DNA of 44,869 bases from Chrysochromulina tobinii. Its lineage: Eukaryota. The stretch covers positions 1-44,869 of the forward strand of contig JWZX01002565.1 in NCBI GenBank assembly GCA_001275005.1, in the 5' to 3' direction. Below the pieces are notes generated by a model. The model searched no databases and was not told where the DNA came from. It saw nothing but the letters and a program-made list of their open reading frames with translations. The position numbers and the translations under genes are program-made. Positions 40,601 through 44,869 of the stretch are shown piece after piece (position 1 is the stretch's first letter; each line of letters begins with the position of its first letter).

Positions 40601-43600
40601 CCGTCGTGGTCGCGAGATGGACCATGCGACGCGAGGACAGCCTGCCATGAGGCCTTGCCATTGTAGAGCAGCGCGGCGCGCGGGCGTGGGCGGCTGCCCG
40701 GCCGCGTCGGGTGGAGGTCGATGAAGGGCTTGCATGCTGCTGGGTCCGCCGGGCCAAGCGCCGTCCCGAGCACATTTGGAGGCGGAGCGGCCGGGTCGGC
40801 GGAGGCGACGGCGGCCCAGCGGCGGCGACGCGTGCAGAGGCCGAGACGGCGCGCGAGATTGGGAGCGAGATTGGGAGCGAGATTGGGAGCGAGATTGGAA
40901 GCGAGATTGGGGGAGGAGCTGAGCAGCACGAGCGCCAGAGCCAAGGAGACGAGCATGGCGCCAATGGCCGCGACGACGGAGACTACGAAGAGGATGGCGA
41001 CGGTGGCCGAGATGGCGGCCAGCGCGTACAGCAGCCAAAAGTACGCGAGTGCGCGGCTGCACGCGCGCTGCGCTGAGCTTGCCACCCAGCCAGAGCGCGT
41101 CGTCGTGAACAGGTGACGCACGAGGTCGTTCTGCCGATCGAGGCGTGAGAGGGCGACGGCGTACGTGCGGTTGAAGAGGAACTTCGAGTGCAGCCCCGCA
41201 ATTGGCAAGATCGAGAGCGCCGAGAGCAGCAGGAAGAGGAGCGTCCCCACGACCACATCGAGCTCGCGATCCCAAAAGTCCACCCACCCATGGTCGCTCG
41301 CATGCGAGGCGTCGTCACGGGCGCTCGAATCCGGCGCCCGGGGCTTCGCTGTGAAAGCGGGCTTGGGCGTCGCGGCGAGCTCCCTGAGCTTCACACTGAG
41401 CTTCACGCTGAGCTTCACACTCGGCTCGTGCTCGGTCGAGGCAGTGGTGCGCACGAGCGCCGTGGTGGGCAAGGGCGCCGTGGTGGGTATGGGCGCTGTG
41501 TTGGGCACGAGCGCCGCCGCGATGGACGTGATGGCTGCAAGCATCAGCAATCCGGACGTGTATAGCATGAGGCAGTTACGCTCGTACGTCGAACGCACGG
41601 TCGTGCCCGCCGGCCCGTGCGTGTCCGTGCTGGTCGAGAGGACCGAGCTGAAGAGGACATGCATCGAGATCCACAAGTAAGCCCAGCTGATGCCGAGGCG
41701 GAGCGCCCATGAGAGGGCAAAGGCGCCGAGCTTTGAGTGCGGGAGCAGCACGTGCACGAGATGAACCTGCGGCCCGACCAGGTGATAGTACACAAGGGCG
41801 ACGAGGTGGAAGAAGGCGCCGTTGGTGAGCAGCACGAGTGTGCGCGAAAAGGGTGAGCGTGGGTCGTCGCCGCCCGAGTTGTCGACCTCCTCAAGCTTCT
41901 TCTCCTCGAGCCCCGCGAGGCAGAAGACGACGAGGACGAGGAGCCAGCCCTGGCGCCAGACGAGGAGCGTGAGGCGCTTGCGCCACGGCTGCTTGCGCGC
42001 CAGCTCGTTCGTGTGCTCGTGCCACGTGTGCCACGAGCCCATGCCCGGGCGGACCCCCGGATCGTCGTCGAGCCAGCGCAGGAACTCGACGAAGTTGGAC
42101 TGCACCTGGAAGAACCGGAACGAGTGCGGGTTGAAGAGCCATGGGGAGAGCCAGTTGGCGCCGACGAGCACCCACAGACCCCACGTCGAGAGCGCGTAGT
42201 AGCCTGGCAGGTCGGTGACCATCCCGTACAGGACCGCGAGCGCCGCGATCTTGAGGCCAAAGTAAAAGTGCGAGGGCGCGTACAGATGGTACAGATGCAC
42301 AAAGTTGGAGCTGAGCGTCGCAAAGGTGCGCCCGGTGGCGATGTACGATGCCGAGCCGAAGAGGACTCCTTGCGTGTAGAAGGCGTCGCGCGTGCGCTCG
42401 GTGAAGATCGTGAAGAGCTGCTTGAGGCTGAGCAAGTCGACGACCAAGTTCTTGAGCGCGAAGAAGAAGTTATGCTCGACCCAGTGCTCGACGAAGAGCG
42501 GGAAGGCTTTGACGAAGCCGAGCTGGATGACGAACTCAGCCGAGTACACGTGGTCGTACCCTACGGAGCCGCGCCGCGCCTCGAAGGGCACCTGAGGAGG
42601 GAGGCAAACAGACGTCCTCAGAGGTCATCTCAGACGTCAACAGAGGTCATCAGAGGTCATCAGAGGTCGAGCAGCGCCTCGAAGGGCACCTCGCCCGCGT
42701 CAAAGTACGTTTCGGCGCGGCAGAGGGCGAGGGAGATTAGCGAGAGGAGCATCGTGACGATCGCCACGTGCATCATTGCCGAGGTCAGGAAGAAGCCGAC
42801 AGAGGTCATGTACAGCGAGAGGAGCCGGAAGAGGTCAAAGTTCGCACTCATGCGCGCGTAGTCGCGTGACATGCATTGGAGCGCATTGCCACCCGAGATC
42901 TTTTGCTCGAAGCCGTTGATGCCCGTGAACGTGATGTCGCGCGCCTTGCCCACGTGAATGAATTCGGTGTAGTCGACGGAGCCGCCGCGCAGCCAGACGT
43001 TTGCGCCACCAAAGACGTCCTCGGACACGTGGATCGTCTTGGACGCCTTCGAGATGCGTCTGACGAAAGGCACCAGACGGCATCCCACACGTCGGGGTGG
43101 CCATAGTGCAGCCGCACCTCGAGAGGCCAGGCCATGAAGCGCTGGATCATTGTGCCGAAGACGAACTCGGAGTCGGCGGCGAAGCCGGCCACCAGCCCGT
43201 TGCCATCCGAGATGATGTGCTCGCGAAACCCGATGAGGCGCACGTCCCCTGTGAAGAGCTCGAGCAGGTTGCGCATCTTGAGCGACTCGCCCAAATAGTT
43301 GTCCTGGTTCATGTCGAGGGTCTGCAGGTACTCGCCGTGCGCGAAGATGACGGCGTGGTTCTGGTTCTCGGGCTTGCCTTCGCCGATGATCGGGTCACCC
43401 GGCAGCTTGACCTTGTACAGCACCCGCCCGGCCCCTGCAGCGGGGGAGGCGCCGTCGAGGGCGGCCGCCGTCGGCTCCGGCCCGAGCAGTACGGACGAGT
43501 GCACCCCCCTGGCCTCGTCGTACTCCACGTACGCAATGCGCAGGTGGCGCGGGAATCGCATGCGCAGCAGGTCGATCGCCTCCGCCTTCCATTGGTCCGC

Positions 43601-44869
43601 GCGGCTGGACGAGTTCAGCAACTTGTCGTAGATCTGGCACGTGACCAAATATTGGAACTTGGATGCGACTAGGTCCTCAACGTGCCCACGTGGCACCCCC
43701 TCGAGCATCGCCAGCAGCCGCAAGGCGTGCGCGTGACGCATGACGCCACGGACGGTCCGCGAGAGCAGCTGGGAGCGATCCGAGCACCAGTCCTGCACGA
43801 TCATGCCCTCCACGCCCGCGGCGACGCCCTCAGCCGGCGTCGGCGCCTGCATGGTCGACGCAGCCGGCAGTGCGGCCTGTCCGGGGGCGCCTGTCCGTGG
43901 GTTTCGGCTAGGGTTCGAGGCCACAGCCTGTCCGAGGGCGCCTGCCCTCTGAGCCTCCCATTCCCTTTTGGTCTGAACCATCTTCTTGCGCTCTCGTGTC
44001 CGCTCCACCGACTCGATGCGCTCGCATAGATTGGCCCATTCATCAGGGTAGAGGGATTTGATGATGGTGAGCAGCGAGGCGTTGTCGTCGTCGGCCACTT
44101 GAAGCGCGTCCATTGAGTATGTCACATCCTCGGAGTAGTGTGGTGTGAATGCCGTGAGAGAGGGCATGTCGCACACCGACACGGCGCGACCCAGGCGCCG
44201 GTGGTGCAGCGAGTTGCAAAAGAAGATGAGCTGCCGGCGCGCCTGCTCGTTAAGCGGCTCGCCCGAAGGGTTGAGCGTCTGCGAGGCGCGAAGCAGCGAG
44301 CGCAGCACGAGCTTCACCCCCGACGACGCGAGCCGACTCGCACTCTCGTCCACAGCTCGCGCCGTCTCGAGCGCCTCGAGCTTGAGCAGCCGACACAGTG
44401 TGAGCAGCGGGTGGCGCTCCTCCGGCCGCAACGGTGGCAGGTGCGGCGCGAGGCCCACGTGCTCCTCTTCAAGGCCAGCATACATGCTGGGCGACAAAGT
44501 AGCCTCATGGTGCCCAAAGCCGAGCACATTGGTCAGCCCGCACGCCAGGCTCTCGACGGCTACCGGTACGTACCGGTACTCGACGGCTCCCGAGGAGCGC
44601 GCGGTCGGTGGGGCTCGGGGCGCTAGCGGCGGTGGCGGCGCACCGGCGCCGTCGACGCCGGAGCCACAGGATCTCGATGAGAGGCCGCCGATCGACTCGG
44701 CACTCTCCGCGCGCTGCTGCCCTGAGAGCCGTTGTGGACGGGCTTGGGCTTGCGCGCACTGCGAGAGAGTCACATAGGCGGCGCCGCCGGGCGACGCGGG
44801 TCCGGGCGGCGAGGGCGGCGGCGAGGGCTGCGGCGAGGGCTGCGGCGAGGGCTGCGGCGTGGGCGCGGG
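32435..44869 (-). CDS. GT48 1,3-beta-glucan (callose/FKS-type) synthase, apparently two synthase units in tandem; 5' end outside window; exons >44869-42690 (frameshift near 43057), 42591-40189, 40032-36877, 36806-36411, 36287-36192, 35978-34386, 34306-32435
   Basis: Two copies each of A(R/K)RQLIFF.NSL, TP(H/Y)Y.EDV, GEGKPENQNH...DMNQDNY, HYGHPD, HVSED.FGG, Y.ATGR.F/Y and PWLFNP. One FKS1 N-terminal domain (FGFQ...NY..W...LYLLIHGEAANLRHLPEFLCF) lies between them. All six introns restore the frame. Confidence 0.85.
34307..34385 (-). repeat. Intron filled with degenerate telomere-like (CCCTAA/CCCGAA/CCCAA) hexamers
   Basis: atg|GTACCC...ctaaccccaacccaacccgatcccgaaacc...aaccctaacccgaaccctccctcatcAG|gtc. 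Confidence 0.8.
35979..36191 (-). repeat. Intron made of 10-nt repeats (CCTCTGAGTG/CCTCGGAGTG)
   Basis: cag|GTGAGT ... ttccAG|gcg. Joins LLDLLQ-ALFPDEW. Confidence 0.85.
36288..36410 (-). repeat. Intron with CCTCTGATGA decamers
   Basis: gac|GTGCGT ... ctgattgcAG|gtg. Joins PYYAED-VIYTE. Confidence 0.85.
36807..36876 (-). other. Intron with family 3' end ctgattgcgtccctcatcAG
   Basis: gag|GTACGC ... AG|gtg. Joins PLIAE-VLQLV in phase 0. Confidence 0.8.
40033..40188 (-). repeat. GC-AG intron consisting of two 78-nt units, each ending in a copy of the upstream exon end
   Basis: cag|GCGAGT donor. Each unit ends in cacgcagtctcgaccctccacgagc-like sequence. Removal gives AVSTLHEQ-LLHNYGRW. Confidence 0.75.
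40855..40910 (-). repeat. 12-nt tandem repeat (CCCAATCTCGCT; PNLA) in the inter-unit linker of the GT48 gene
   Basis: Plus-strand GAGATTGGGAGC repeated 4-5 times. Confidence 0.85.
42592..42689 (-). repeat. Decamer-repeat intron with 18-bp direct repeat at its two splice junctions
   Basis: ag|GTGCCCTTCGAGGCGC ... cctccctcctcAG|gtgcccttcgaggcgc. Confidence 0.88.

Noticed and set aside
43060..43090. Micro-intron explaining the GT48 unit-1 frameshift (ctttcgtcAG looks like an acceptor)
   Set aside because: It would be about 31 nt and would delete the conserved VWD..W..SS segment that aligns with unit 2.

Overview
GC-rich, gene-dense eukaryotic nuclear DNA with spliceosomal introns (GT-AG and one probable GC-AG). 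Gene content and intron style suggest a haptophyte alga (inference). It contains about 17 protein genes: a TM/polyQ DnaJ protein (5' end outside the window), a secreted JMJD8-like JmjC protein, a PPC-like/coiled-coil protein, a DUF3011-like+CE4 polysaccharide deacetylase, an RNF170-like RING protein, a UBA-WW protein, an FHA-fused prokaryote/phage-type amino-DNA-methyltransferase, a GT25-like+FkbM-like fusion, a CGHS-thioredoxin/saposin/KDEL protein, a Sel1-repeat membrane protein, a SMYD, an aldo-keto reductase, a GT2, an SGNH hydrolase, RPL35A, a CNBD-type K+ channel, and a very large GT48 gene running off the right end. Three things stand out. (1) The GT48 gene appears to encode two 1,3-beta-glucan synthase units fused in one reading frame, with a near-identical 159-nt tract shared by the two active-site regions. 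(2) The intron-bearing FHA + CPPY-type DNA methyltransferase looks like a domesticated prokaryotic/phage enzyme. (3) Introns in unrelated genes are built from ~10-nt CCTCTGA-type or telomere-like repeats, many share a 3' end (ctgattgcNtccctcatcag|GT), and several carry copies of the adjacent exon, pointing to a recent intron-gain process. Two apparent 1-nt frameshifts fall in conserved domains and may be assembly errors. No rRNA, tRNA or CRISPR array was recognised. Exon coordinates were worked out by hand and are not transcript-validated.
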